Shown piece by piece: positions 15,063-28,924 of a stretch of 64,000 nt of DNA. This DNA is from Neocallimastix sp. 'constans' (lineage: Eukaryota): positions 124,001-188,000 of the forward strand of contig JBODTK010000130.1 of the NCBI GenBank assembly GCA_050613775.1, given 5' to 3'. A program made the translations under genes and the position numbers. Position 1 is the first letter of the stretch. Each line of letters starts with the position of its first letter. The notes below the pieces were generated by a model. It saw nothing but the letters and a program-made list of their open reading frames with translations, was not told where the DNA came from and searched no databases.

Positions 15063-15794
15063 TTTTCTTTCTTTTTTAATAGTAAATTTTATTTTTTACT
15101 TTTATGTTTAATTATATAGAACATTAAAAGTATTTTTAGTCTTTCTCCTTTTTTTTTTTTTTTTTTTTGTAAATAACTAAAAAAATATTTAATTTCTTTA
15201 AATTAAAGCAAATAAAAAAAGAAAAAATAAAAATAAAAAATAAAAATAAAAAAAAAATATAATAAAATAAAAAAATAAAAAGAAAAGAAGTATAAAATTA
15301 AAAAAAAAAAAAAAAAAAAAAAATAGAAAGGATGAGGAAAAAGATAAAGAAAATATTTAAAATATTCTAATTTATATTATATATATATATATATATAAAA
15401 CATAATAATGATTATATTCATTATTATAATTATTATTTTTTTCCCCATTCTCCTTAAATTGCTATTAGATTTAGTATTTTATACGTTTTATAAAAAATAA
15501 AAAAAAAAATAAAAAAAAAAAAAAAGAAATTGTTTTTAGATATTATTTTATAGAATATATTTGATATTTGTGTATAATAATTTTTATATAATAATTTTTT
15601 TTTTTAAAAAAAAAAAATAATAAAAAGTATATGTATAATATATATATATTTAGTAATTTATATAAAATAGAAGTAGTCTTTTTATATTTATTTATTTATA
15701 TATTATTATTATTATTATTATTTTTTTTTTTAAAAAAACAAAGACTTCTTGTTTTATTTCTCATTTAATCAAAAAAAAAAAAAAAAAAATACCA

Positions 15795-15818
15795 ATTCTT
15801 TTACATTATTCATGGACG

Positions 15819-15849
<31 letters not shown>

Positions 15850-16585
15850 ATGAAGATTAGATGAATTAGATGTAGATTCAAATTTGATGTGAAACGTTAT
15901 ATAAAAAGCAAACTAGTATCAGAAGATTGCCCGACATATTGCCCTTGGTATAGTGTAATTAATGGCATATCCAGTTTTAAAACATTGAATACTTTTATGC
16001 CTAAAAATTTAAAGAATTTAAGCAATAATTCATTCAATTTGCTTATATTTTGAAAATTTTATAAATTTTTCTATGATTCTTTGATTGCTCATAAAAAATC
16101 ATTGAACATTCTTGATGATAAAGAGGAAGATTTTGATGAATAATATTAACTTTTACGTACTCTGTCTCCTTCTTGGTGGAAATGGTTTATACAAAATCTT
16201 AAAGATCGGTATGAAGGGGGAAAGAAGTCGGTTTTATTAATATGAAATCAAGAAAGAAGACTCACCTTCGAGAGAGAGTCTTCTATCGTGATTTCATATT
16301 TTGTGGGGTTTGCAGAATTCCTTACAAACGTTAAATTCATTGTGATTAGTTAATTTTTACATAAGGCAAAGAAGAAATTCTGATACAGATTCGATTGATA
16401 ATTTTTTATCCACCATAAATTATCATCGATGAATGAGAAGTGTTAGGTTAGAGGCCATTTTGTCCTCGAAACTCAAAATGTGATTTTTTTTTTTTTTATT
16501 TTAATATATAAATTTTTATGTGTTTTATTTTCATGTATCTTTTTAATAAATATTTTTAAATAAATTTTATTCCTACTTTAAAAAT
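15795..16585 (+). mobile_element. Degraded, internally deleted 3' fragment of a LINE A-like element
   Basis: Diverged match to parts of 3030-4020 (ggacgaaaaa, ttcaaatttgatgt, gaggaagattttgatga, tgatacagattcga). Confidence 0.8.
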
Positions 16586-19389
16586 GGATTAAATTTAAAA
16601 ACAAAATACAAAAACATAGAATGTAGATAAGAAAAAAGTGAGAAAAAGTTAAATAGAGATTACTTATTTCATTTATTTGCTCTTTATATATTACAAATTA
16701 GAATAGATATAAAAATAATTCAGCATGATTTTTATTCAATTAAAATTGGGAATGAAATTTTAAGTAAAATTTATAATTAATTATATCATTTGTTAAGAAA
16801 AAGTTACAATAATATTTATAGGGATGTTAGATAAAAAATACTTTTCAATCTAGAAATATAAATATATAATTATTAGTCTTTTAATTTTGGTGTTTGTAAT
16901 AAATATGTAGAAATATATATAACATAACAATTATTAATTTTTTCTTCAAGTTCAAATTTTTTATTATAATTTAATCATTATATTATATTCAACAAATAAA
17001 ACATTTGTAAAATAATAATATTTATAATAGATATTTTTATTTTATAAATAGTTAACATTCATAAAATTTAACAAAAATATATATTTTTTTTTCAATTATT
17101 TTATAAACAAATTATCAATTTATATAGCTGAATAAATATATATACGTTTCGTATATAATTTATAGCAATGCTATTATGCTATTATACTATTGGTAATTTA
17201 TATTTTTATAGAAATAAAAAAAAAAAAAAAGAAATTTATACTTATAAAACATTTAAAATATTAGTAATTTATATTTTTATAGAAATAAAAAAAAAAAAAA
17301 TTTAAAATATTAGTAATTTATATTTTTATAGAAATAAAAAAAAAAAAAAAAAGAAATTTATACTTATAAAACATTTAAAATATTATTAATTCAATTAGTT
17401 CAAATTATACTATTTTTAAATTTTTATCCACTTAAATACAAAATCAAATTACATTTTTTATTTTTATATTCATTTTTATTTCATTTCTAATTATATTTGC
17501 AATTTTAGTAATTTTATATTTTTTATTTATATATAAATATTCAATTTAATATTTATTGTACAGTAATTTATTTTAAAATAGAAGAATTATTTGAAAACTT
17601 TAAAAAAAAACTTCATAAATTAATAGAAGTAAATTTATAATGTGTTAAATAAATAAAAAAAAAAAAATGAAATATGCATAATAAAGTGGGAAAATGTCAA
17701 AAAACATCAAATTATAATAATGAAAAAATTTTTATTAATTTATAATTTTATTTTTTAATATAATATTAAATAAAAATTTTCGCATCCACTTAATATATTA
17801 ATTTATAAATATATAAATAAATAAATAAATAAATAATTAAATTTAATGAATATATTTAAAATTTTAAATAATTAATCGTAAATACAAATCAATAAGGATA
17901 TTTTATTATGATAAATCTTTAATCGATAATAAATTTTATTTTTTTTTTTGTAAAAAATTTAAAATATTTTGATTAAATGATGAAATAATTTTAAATATTA
18001 TGAAATATCACAATAGAATAATTCATATCAAAAATCATATAATGGAAATTATATGATGAAAATGATTTATTTATATTAACTAATGAATCTTCTTTTTTTT
18101 TTTTTTTTTTTTTATTATGTATTTATTTTTTACTATTAAATCAATCATTTTTATTTTATTAATTATTATAATAAATAATTGAATAATAAATAATTGAATA
18201 ATAAATAATTGAATAATAAATAATAAATAATAGTAAATAAAAAATTTGTAGTAATAATTAGTAACAATAATATATAATATATAATAAATACTAAATAATA
18301 AATAATAAATAATAAATAATTAATAATAAATTATTAATAATAAATAATAAATAATAAATAATTAATAATAAATAATAAATAATTAATAATAAATTATTAA
18401 TAATAAATAATAAATAATAAATAATTAATAATAAATATTAAATAATTGAATAATAAATTATAAATAATAAATAATAATAAATAAGTTGATATTTGTTCAT
18501 TATTTATATAATTCATAGGTATATTATTTAAAATTTGTTATATTCTATTAATTACGGAATTTTCAAATATATCGATTTATATAATACTATTAATTTATTT
18601 AGTTTCTATTTATTTATCTATTAATATATGTTTATTATTTATATAAATTTATATATATTTTATATTATTATTAAAGATTTAACCAATTTTAATATTTCCT
18701 TCAATAATTTATTTGATATATTTCTAGAATAAACTGTAAAAAAATATATTCCATTTCTTTTATTTTAATTCATATTCTTTTGATTATTTGAATATAATAT
18801 ATTAAAAATAATATATTAAATAATAATGAATCTATATTTTAAGTATTTTTCATATTATTTAAATTTCGTTCCTATTATTTAAATATTATACATTTAATAG
18901 TATTGTTAAGTATATTTAAATAGAATTTATTATTATAATATATAATATATTAATAATAATAAATATTATTTAAAACAGTACTATTAAATAGATATAATAT
19001 AATATATATAACATACTAATACTAAATATTGCTTTTTAGTTATATTAAATTTATATATAATATTTAAAAATTATTAATTTATTAATTATTATTCATTATT
19101 TATCATGTATTGTTTACTTATTTATTTATTCTTTATTCCTTATTATTTATTTATTTATTTATTTATATTTATTTAAATACTCTTTTCTTTTTTTTGTTCA
19201 TTTGAATTTTTAATTAATTTTTAATTAGCTATTAATTAATAATATACATTAATTTATGTTATTTATACATAGATTAGCTTAATCTATAAATAATAAAAGA
19301 TAAATTTAATATTCATTTACCTTTTATATATTATTTATAATATATTGTTAATATATGGATCTTATACATAAAGTAAATAAGTGATATCA

Positions 19390-19550
19390 ACGCCAATCAG
19401 GTAACAGTATTTTTTATATTGGAAACAGCCAATAGAAAGCTAATCAGTGATGTAAATTATTGAATAAAAAATTGAATCTACCAATGAATGACTTCTAATA
19501 CCATACTCAAATCAAAAACAAAATCTAATTTCAAGCCAAAATCCAATATT
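19390..19550 (+). promoter_or_regulatory. Cluster of CCAAT boxes upstream of V-ATPase A
   Basis: CCAAT at 19393, 19429, 19481 and 19543 in a locally less AT-rich island about 360-520 bp before the ATG. Confidence 0.5.
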
Positions 19551-19908
19551 CTATTAGTAAAAGTGAATTAAGCGAGTCAAAAATAATAATAATAATAATA
19601 AATAAAAAAAAAAAAAAAAAAGTATTTTGTAATAGATAATAAAGTGATTTTTAAATATATTTAAATAAATAAGTAATAATTAATATTAAAAAAATTTTTT
19701 TATATTAAAATAAATTTAATATTATTTAATAAAAAATTATTTGAAGATTAACCATTAATAAAAAAAAAAAAAAATTAAAAAAAAATAAAAAATTTTTTTT
19801 TTTCTTTTCAAGAAACTTTAATTTTTTTTCATTAATAAAATTCCATCCATCTTAATTTAAATTATTATTTTAAAACTTATTAATTAAAAAAATATTAAAT
19901 AGATAATA

Positions 19909-22828
19909 ATGGTAAGAATCAAAATTCAATAGGAAAAACAATATTATTAATAAAGTTACTTTTAATAAATAAAAGTCAATAAATAAAATTTTGAAATGTG
20001 GAATCAAAGAAATTTAAAATGTTTAATGAGTCAAAGCTAAATTATAATAAAAAATTGTAAACAATAAAAAAAAAAAAAAAAAAAATTGATTGAAGAAAAG
20101 TTGCCTTATTAAAGTTATGAATATAAATGGCATAAATACCAAAAAATAAAAGTGGCAAATTAATTTTATGATAAAGTTTTATTTATAAAGAATAATAATT
20201 TTTGATAGAAAAACAATATTTAAACAAAAATAATAAAATATATTTAATAAGTATTTAATTAAAATGAAATTCTTTATTAAATTTAGAATTGTCAATAAAC
20301 TTTTTTAAAACAATTCAAAATGCAATTACAATATGAATTATTTAATATGAAATTGAAAATAAAACAAAAAAAAAATTATTATATATGTTTATAAATTATT
20401 ATTTTCAGTCATATTCAGTTAAATTTATGTGTAAAATATTGAATATTAATAATTTATTAATTTATATAATTGATTGTAAATAAAGGCTGGAGCTCTTGAT
20501 AACGCTAAGGATTTTTTACCAAAAATCGCTGATGCCGAAAAGGAATCCGAATATGGTCAAATTTTTGCCGTATCTGGTCCTGGTACGTCATTAATTGAAA
20601 AATAAATATTTAAAAAGAATAAATAAATTTAATGAAATGTTGTTTTGTGTGTTAAATTTTATGATAATTAATGTATAAAATTTATTTAAAATTTAAATAG
20701 TCGTTACTGCTGAAAACATGACTGGTTCAGCTATGTACGAATTGGTAAGTAAAATTAAAATAAATATTATACTAATAAATATATATTTGAAATATTTGAA
20801 AAAATTTTTTTAAAGAAATAAATTTTAATATTTAAAATATTTAATAATTATATTTAAAAAAGGTACGTGTCGGTTACAAAGAATTAGTCGGTGAAGTTAT
20901 TAGAATTGAAGGTGACAAGGCCACCATTCAAGTTTACGAAGAAACTTGTAAGTATCAATAAATAAAATTTTTATTATAAAATTCAAAAAAGTATTTATAG
21001 TTAATAATGTATGACTAATTATATATTAAATAAAAATTGATTTATAAATAATAAATAGCCGGTTTAACTGTTGGTGATCCAGTATTAAAGACTGGTAAGC
21101 CACTTTCTGTTGAATTAGGTCCAGGTTTATGTGAAAACATTTTCGATGGTATTCAACGTCCATTAAAGGTAAATAAATAAATAGTTATATTTTTAACAAT
21201 TTTAAAATTATGTGAACTTAAACCTAATATTATGAAAACGCATAATTATTTAAAAGTCAAAGTAATAAGTATTAATTATAAATTAATGTATTTTAAAAAA
21301 AAATGTATAGGGTATTCACGAAATTTCAAAGTCTATCTATCTTCCACGTGGTATTAACACCCCATCTTTAGATAAGAAGGTCTCCTGGGACTTCGAACCA
21401 CAAAACTTCAAGGTTGGTGATCACATTACTGGTGGTGATATTTACGGTAAGGTTGCTGAAAACTCTTTAATTACTCACTACATTATGCTTCCACCAAAGG
21501 CTTGTGGTACTATTACATACATTGCTCCAAAGGGTTCATACACCTTAGAAGATGTTGTTCTTGAAACTGAATTCGAAGGTGAAAAGTCAAAGTTCACTAT
21601 GATGCAATTATGGCCAGTACGTACTCCACGTCCATGTGCTGAAAAGTTAGCTGCTGACTACCCATTATTAACTGGTCAACGTGTCCTTGATGCTCTTTTC
21701 CCATGTGTCCAAGGTGGTACTACTGCTATTCCAGGTGCTTTCGGTTGTGGTAAGACTGTCATTTCTCAATCACTTTCTAAGTACTCTAACTCTGATGTTA
21801 TTATTTACGTCGGTTGTGGTGAACGTGGTAACGAAATGGCTGAAGTACTTATGGAATTCCCAGAATTAACTCTTACTGTTGATGGTCGTCAAGAACCAAT
21901 TATGAAGCGTACTACTTTAGTCGCTAACACTTCTAACATGCCTGTCGCTGCTCGTGAAGCTTCCATTTACACTGGTATTACTCTTTCTGAATACTTCCGT
22001 GATCAAGGTCGTGATGTCGCTATGATGGCTGATTCTACTTCTCGTTGGGCTGAAGCTCTTCGTGAAATTTCTGGTCGTTTAGCTGAAATGCCAGCTGATT
22101 CTGGTTACCCAGCTTATCTTGGTGCCCGTCTTGCTTCCTTCTACGAAAGAGCTGGTAAGGTTACTGCTATTGGTTCTCCAAACCGTACTGGTTCCGTTTC
22201 TATTGTCGGTGCCGTATCTCCACCAGGTGGTGATTTCTCTGATACCGTTACTACCTCTACTCTTTCTATTGTCCAAGTATTCTGGGCTTTAGATAAGAAG
22301 TTAGCTCAACGTAAGCACTTCCCATCTGTTAACTGGAATCTTTCTTACTCTAAGTACACTAAGGCTTTAGAACCATTCTACGAATCCTTCGATCCTGATT
22401 TCATTAGTCTTAGAACTAAGGCTAGAGAAATTCTTCAACAAGAAGAAGATCTTTCTGAAATTGTCCAATTAGTCGGTAAATCTGCTCTTGCTGAAAGTGA
22501 TAAGATTACTTTAGAAGTTGCTAGAATTATTAAGGATGATTTCCTTCAACAAAATGGTTACTCTACCTACGATCGTTACTGTCCATTCTACAAGACCGTC
22601 GGTATGCTCAGAAATATGATGTACTTCTACGATCAATCTATTCACGCTGTTGAAGCTTCCTCCAACCAAATTACATGGAACAAGATTCGTGACAGTATGT
22701 CCGATGTTATCTACAAGCTTTCTTCCATGAAGTTTGAAGATCCAGCTGATGGTGAAGAAGTTATTAAGGAAAGATATGCTAAGTTACAAAAGGAAATTGA
22801 AGAACAATTCAGAGCTCTTTTGGATTAG
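19909..22828 (+). CDS. VMA1: Vacuolar H+-ATPase catalytic subunit A; exons about 19909-19911 (ATG only), 20486-20582, 20701-20744, 20863-20947, 21059-21168, 21311-22828
   Basis: Spliced N-terminus [40 protein letters not shown]; Walker [31 protein letters not shown]. Confidence 0.96.
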
Positions 22829-23119
22829 ATTATTTAATACAAAGAAGTTTTATATTAAAATTTAAAAATTAGAGGATAATTTAAAATAATAGAAAGAAAA
22901 TATATATAAATTTTATTTTTATTTTTTAAATTATTTTTATTAAGAAAAAAAATTATATCATCTTAATTTTATTAAATTTGTTAATAATATAATAATTTTT
23001 TTTTTTTAAAAAAAATTAATATGAAATAATAGAAAAATTTTATTAATTAATAATAATAATAATAATAATAATTTAAATTAAAAAACAATACAAAACCAAA
23101 ATATAAAACCAAAAAAAAC

Positions 23120-23156
<37 letters not shown>

Positions 23157-23549
23157 ATAAAAATAAAATAATATGAAAATTAAGTAAGTAACAATAAATA
23201 AAAAAGAGGGAATAATAAAATCAAAATAAAATCACAATAAATAATAATTAATAAAATACACCTACAAATAAAATATAATAATAAAAATAATAAAAAAAAA
23301 AAAAAAAAAAAATAAAAACATTAAAAATCAAAAAAAAAAAAAAGAAGTAAATAAAATTCTATAATTTTTTTTTTTTTTTTTAAAGAAAAAATAAAAATAA
23401 AATAAACTAATAATAATTAATAATTAAAAAAAAAAAAAAAGAAAAAAAGATAAATTATTTATGGTTTAATTTTAAAGTGTATAGTTGTATGTAAAGTATT
23501 TGAAGATAAATTTTTTTTTTTTATTTAATTAAAGAATCTTTAATTTGTG

Positions 23550-23587
<38 letters not shown>

Positions 23588-23717
23588 AAAAAATATTGGA
23601 AATATCTTCTAATAGAATATTAATATTTGTGATAGTAAAAATAATAGTATCGTTACTAATAATGTAGTGAATAGATCATTTGGTGATAATTGTCTATAAT
23701 ATAGGTGACATGGTATC

Positions 23718-25458
23718 ATATGCAAAAAATTTAGAAAAATTATTAAAAAAGATACATAAATGGTCTGATTTAAATGAAATGACTTTTGGTATTGAAAAAT
23801 GTGCAACTATGGTTATAAAACCAATGAACTTCCAATCTCCTCCAAACTATAGTGTCCCAACCTTCTATTTAGGAATGAATGCTATTCCTAAAGTTTCTAG
23901 TTATATTTATCTTGGTATTCCTTTTTCTGATGATCTCTTACTAGAACACATTATAGCTCACATGCATTTTAAAGTTAGAAAATCCCTTCTTTCATTTAAA
24001 CATTTCTTCTCAAATAAACTTATCCCTATTGCATACAAGAAAAAAGTTCTTCAATCCTTTGTTATTAGTAAAGTAATTTATTATTCTCCTTTACTTGGTT
24101 CAAACAAATCTAGAACGGCCAGAATTCAAACATTAATTAATACTGGTCTATTTTGGTGTATCGGCTCATTCTCTAAAAATGGTAAAACAAGTTCAGAAGA
24201 CAATGACTATATTAGACATAATTCTACTATGAGTACTTATGCTTTATCTCGAGATCTAAGCATTCCTCCTATTGCTGGTGTCTGCGCGGCCTTACAGATT
24301 AAATCATTTTGCAAAATGGAGTAAATCAAACTGTATTATAAAGAATCTTATTAAATCTATTCCCAAAATGCCTTATTATTCCTGGACTAAAGAATCTAGA
24401 ACACTCTATAAAAAAATCAAAAAATATAAATGTGAAAAATATGACGATATTTTAGAACGTTACTGGAAATCAGTTGCCAAATTTCAAGGTATTAAAGGTC
24501 AAAATTACGATTGTAATAAGTTCTCAAACAATAAAGCTATAATTATGCTTAGCTTAAAATATCCCCAATTCAACTTAGGGTTTTCGTGGAATATACGTTT
24601 ACGCTGTGATTATAAATACAATACTACTATTGCTATTAAAATGGGTAGAGTTTCAGAAGATTGTCCCAAGTCTTGCCTCTGTTGTGACAAAGGTAAACAA
24701 TCTTTCTTTTGAACATTGGATTTTTAAATGCGATGCTCTTGCATCTTTTAGATGGAATTCTTTAAATTTCATCGATGATCTCTATGTTTTATTCCTTAGG
24801 AAGATTAGAGTGTTTAATAATCCTCTTTCTTCCTATGACTCTATTTCTAATTTTGAAGATTATATCAATCATTATATATACTTGTTCCTTCTTGGTGGAA
24901 CTTTAGTTTTAAATGAGCTACATTACGATAGTGGGGAACAGAGACATTTAGATGAACTACTTTTCAAAGGTTCATCTGAGTCACCTGTTCCAAAAATTGT
25001 GGGCTTGGCGGAATTCTTAACAAATGCAATACCTATCATAATTAGTTCGTTTGAGCTATTATTTGATAGGTATTGCAAAATACCAAACTTATCCAAGAGC
25101 GTCGACGTCATACTGATAAGGCATAATGATAATACAGGATCGTCATCTATTTCTACGAAGGACGAATCTTGCCCTAGTAGTTCAATAAATGATGAATCCG
25201 GGGAGAGTTTAGTGGACACCACACTATCTATTTTAAAGATGTTACTTCTAGGTTTTATTTCTTTTTTATTTGTTAGGAAGGGAAAAATTCCCGCATAGTA
25301 CAACTTGCCAAAATACATAGTATTTTTGAGCTTTTTATTTTTTAATTTTTTAACTTTTTATTTTTATTTTTATTTTTAATTTTAAATGTACTTTTTCACC
25401 TACATGTATTTTTTAAAATAAAATTTAATAAAGTTTTGGAAGTGTATTCTCTTCCCTG

Positions 25459-25494
<36 letters not shown>
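23718..25494 (+). mobile_element. 5'-truncated LINE family B (RT thumb to CCHC region), frameshifted
   Basis: EMTFGIEKC, YLGIPF and C..CLCC..HWIFKC motifs; poly(A) tail; upstream target duplication at 23675-23717. Confidence 0.88.
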
Positions 25495-25497
<3 letters not shown>

Positions 25498-27213
25498 ACT
25501 ATTGCTATTAGAATGGGTAGAGTTTCACAAAAATTGTCACTAAAAGAATATCGGACTATGCTTTTTCTAATGGAATAATTAGACCAGAACAGTTTGGTTT
25601 TAGAAATAAAGAAGAATGTATTAGTTTATTTGTATCCATTCGTGAAATTTGTCAAAGAAGAAAATTTAAGGATAAATTTACCTTTCTTGCCTTTCTTGAC
25701 CTTAAAAAAGCTTATGATTCAGTTCCAATTTACAATATACTTACTAAATTAAATAATCTTGGTATTCGTGGTAAATGCCTTCAATTCATTACTAATCTAT
25801 ACCTTACCTCGAAAGCTCGTGCAAACTTTAATGGTAAACTTTCAAAAGAATTTCCAATACACCGTGGTGTTCGCCAAGGGTGTCCTCTCTCTCCTATTTT
25901 ATTCAATATATTTATCAATGATATTTTTGATAAATGTAAAAGTTATGGTGTGATTACTGAAAAGAAAAAGTGTTGTGGTGGATTATTTGCTGATGATATT
26001 GTATTATTAGCTCCTACAAAATCTTCACTTAAAAACCTTTTGAATATTGCTCATGATTGGGGTATTAAAAATGAAATGACCTTTGGAATCAATAAATGCG
26101 CTACACTAGTTGTTAAACCAAAGAATTTTATACCTTCAAGACATTATGAAAATCCTACTTTTAGACTTGGTATGAACTATATACCAAGCACTAATCAATA
26201 TACATATCTTGGTATACCTTTTAATGAATCGTTGGATTTAAAACCTATTATTGCTAAGATGAATAGTAAAATTAAATATACAGTTAACTCTTTCTTTAGA
26301 TTTTTAACCAATAGGAATGTTCCTTTCTACTTTAAAACTCGTATACTAGTTTCTTTTGTCCTTAGTTCAGTTCTTTATTATGCTCCCTTACTTGGTTCAA
26401 ATAAAAAGAATACTGAAAAAGCTCAAACTGCTTTTAATCGAGGTTTGTATTGGAGTTTCGGGTTTAAAAATAAAACCTCCAATACTTCAATTTACAATAT
26501 GTCTAAGGAACTTTCTATACCTCCTATAGCTAGTTTTTGTGCTAAGGCGATGATTCGATGTTTTAAAAAGTGGAAAGATTCTTCTTGTATTATTTCTCAT
26601 TTAGTCAAAAATATACCTACACTTTCTCACTATTCATGGACGAAAAAAGCACGGGGTTTAGCAGTACACAAGCACAATAATAAACTTCCTGGAGAAATAA
26701 GGAAGTTTTACTGGGAAAATATTCATTATTCAAGCACTCCTGCGATCAGATCTACAAAATACAAGAAATTTAAATTTGGTTTTAAAAAATTTATTCAACG
26801 TCTATCACTTAAATTTTCACAATTTTCTCTTGAATTTTTTTGGATTGGACGAATTAAATGTGGATTCAAATTTGATGTAAAAACGTATGTTAAAAGTAAT
26901 CTAGTATCAGAAAATTGCCAAACATACTGCCCTTGTTGTGGAATTCCTTACTAACGTTATGCCTATTGTGATTGGTGATTTTTACACCATGATCGATTTG
27001 TATAGTGTTAGACCTACCGTTGTCAAGAGCGTCGACGTCGTAACGATAAGGCAAAGAAGAAATTCTGATACAGATTCGAATGATAATTTTCATCCACATG
27101 GAGTTATCTTCGATGAATGGGAAGAGTTAGAGGCCTTTTCGTCCTCGAATCTCATAACGTAGTTTTTTAATATTAATATAAAAAAAAAATTTCATGTATT
27201 TAAACTTCATGTA

Positions 27214-27253
<40 letters not shown>

Positions 27254-28070
27254 TAGAGTTTCAGAAGATTGTCCCAAGTCTTGCCACTGTTGTGGCGAAG
27301 ATAAACAATCTTTTGAACATTGGATTTTTAAATGCGATGCTCTTGCATCTTTTAGATGGAATTCTTTAAATTTCATCGATGATCTCTATGTTTTATTCCT
27401 TAGGAAGATTAGAGCGTTTAATCCTCTTTCTTCCTATGACTCTATTTCTAATTTTGAAGATTATATCAATCATTATATATATTTGTTCCTTCTTGGTGGG
27501 ACTTTAGTTTTAAATGAGCTACATTACGATAGTGGGGAACAGAGACAATTAAATGAACTACTTTTCAAAGGTTCATCTGAGTCACCTGTTCCAAAAATTG
27601 TGGGCTTGGCGGAATTCTTAACAAGTGCAATACCTATCATTAGTAGTTCGTTTGAGCTATTATTTGATAGGTATTGCAAAATACTAAACTTATCCAAGAG
27701 CGTCGACGTCGTACTGATAAGGCATAATGATAATACAGGATCGTCATCTATTTCTACGAAGGATGAATCTTGTCCTAGTAGTTCAATAAATGATGAGTCC
27801 GGGGAGAGTTTAGTGGACACCACACTATCTATTTTAAAGATGTTACTACTAGGTTTTATTTCTTTTTTATTTGTTAGGAAGGGAAAAATTCCCGCATAGT
27901 ACAACTTGCCGAAATACATAGTATTTTCGAGCTTTTTTATTTTTTTTTATTTTTTAAATTTTTTTATTTTTAATTTCAAATGTACTTTTCACCTACATGT
28001 ATTTTTTTAAAATAAAATTTAATAAAGTTTTGGAAGTGTATTCTCTTCCCTGTCTATATAAATAAAAAAA
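25495..28070 (+). mobile_element. Second, shorter LINE B copy, split by a LINE A insertion at 25528-27251
   Basis: 25495-25527 and 27252-28055 are contiguous in the family B copy starting near 24625. Confidence 0.85.
25528..27251 (+). mobile_element. 5'-truncated LINE family A with an internal deletion, nested in LINE B
   Basis: 12-bp TSD ggtagagtttca at 25516-25527 and 27252-27263. Near-identical to 1948-3980 apart from a deletion of about 330 bp at 26940. Confidence 0.9.
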
Positions 28071-28260
28071 ATCATTTGGTGATAATTGTCTATAATATTA
28101 GTAAATTTTTTGAATGTGTGTGTATAAATATATAGGTGACATGGTATCGTACCTATTTCATAACTTCCTTTTTGTTGGAAAAGGATTAGCCTATATCAGA
28201 TGTACTAATTACAGCTCTCTGTGATTCTGATGATAATCGATGGTTATCCTTTTTAAAGTG

Positions 28261-28924
28261 AAAATTACAGAAATAAATCTTTACCTTTTCTAGATGATCT
28301 CTTTTTGAAGTTTGCAATGATAATTGAACAAAAATCCTTGGATGTTTCTTTAGATTTAGAAAAGGATTATGATAATAATATTTATTATTATATATTGAGT
28401 GCACTTCTTGGTGGGCGTTCAATATATTCAAAAATTAAAGTTAATGATGGGGAACAAAAACAATTAGTTGACAATATTTTTAAACAAAGTTCAACTTCGT
28501 CAACTGCTCCGTATGTTGTGGGGATTGCGGAGTTTTTAACAAACGTAATACCATTAATTAGTCGATCTTTTAGTTTGATGATGAAATGGTATTCCGTTGA
28601 ATCTATTGAATCTACCGTTGCCAAGAGCGTTGACGTCGAAATGATAAGGCATGGATTTTCACCTCCCGGTAAAATGACAAGATACAGATTCGATTGATAA
28701 CACTAATACTGAAATTATTACTCGCAATAATGGACGTGGTGTTATTATTGAGGAATGGGAAAAGTTAGAGGCTATTGCTTCTAATGCACTTTTATAATTT
28801 TATAATATATAATATTTTATTCCATGTATTTTATTATTATTTTTTTTTTACTTTAAAATCATGTAATTTTATTATTATTATAAATTAAATAAAGTTATTC
28901 TCTTAGTCTAAAAAAAAAGAAAAA
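28261..28924 (+). mobile_element. 5'-truncated LINE family C 3' end
   Basis: 15-bp TSD atcctttttaaagtg at 28246-28260 and 28925-28939; A-rich tail; homologous to about 5830-6480. Confidence 0.9.

Noticed and set aside
17190..17390. Triplicated gtaatttatatttttatagaaat(A)n unit
   Set aside because: A local tandem duplication with no further structure.
21800..21850. VMA1 intein (VDE/PI-SceI)
   Set aside because: The insertion site reads [12 protein letters not shown] without interruption.
24923..25318. Conserved antisense ORF in LINE B (also 27524-27919)
   Set aside because: The two copies are near-identical, so retention is uninformative; no equivalent was seen in families A or C.
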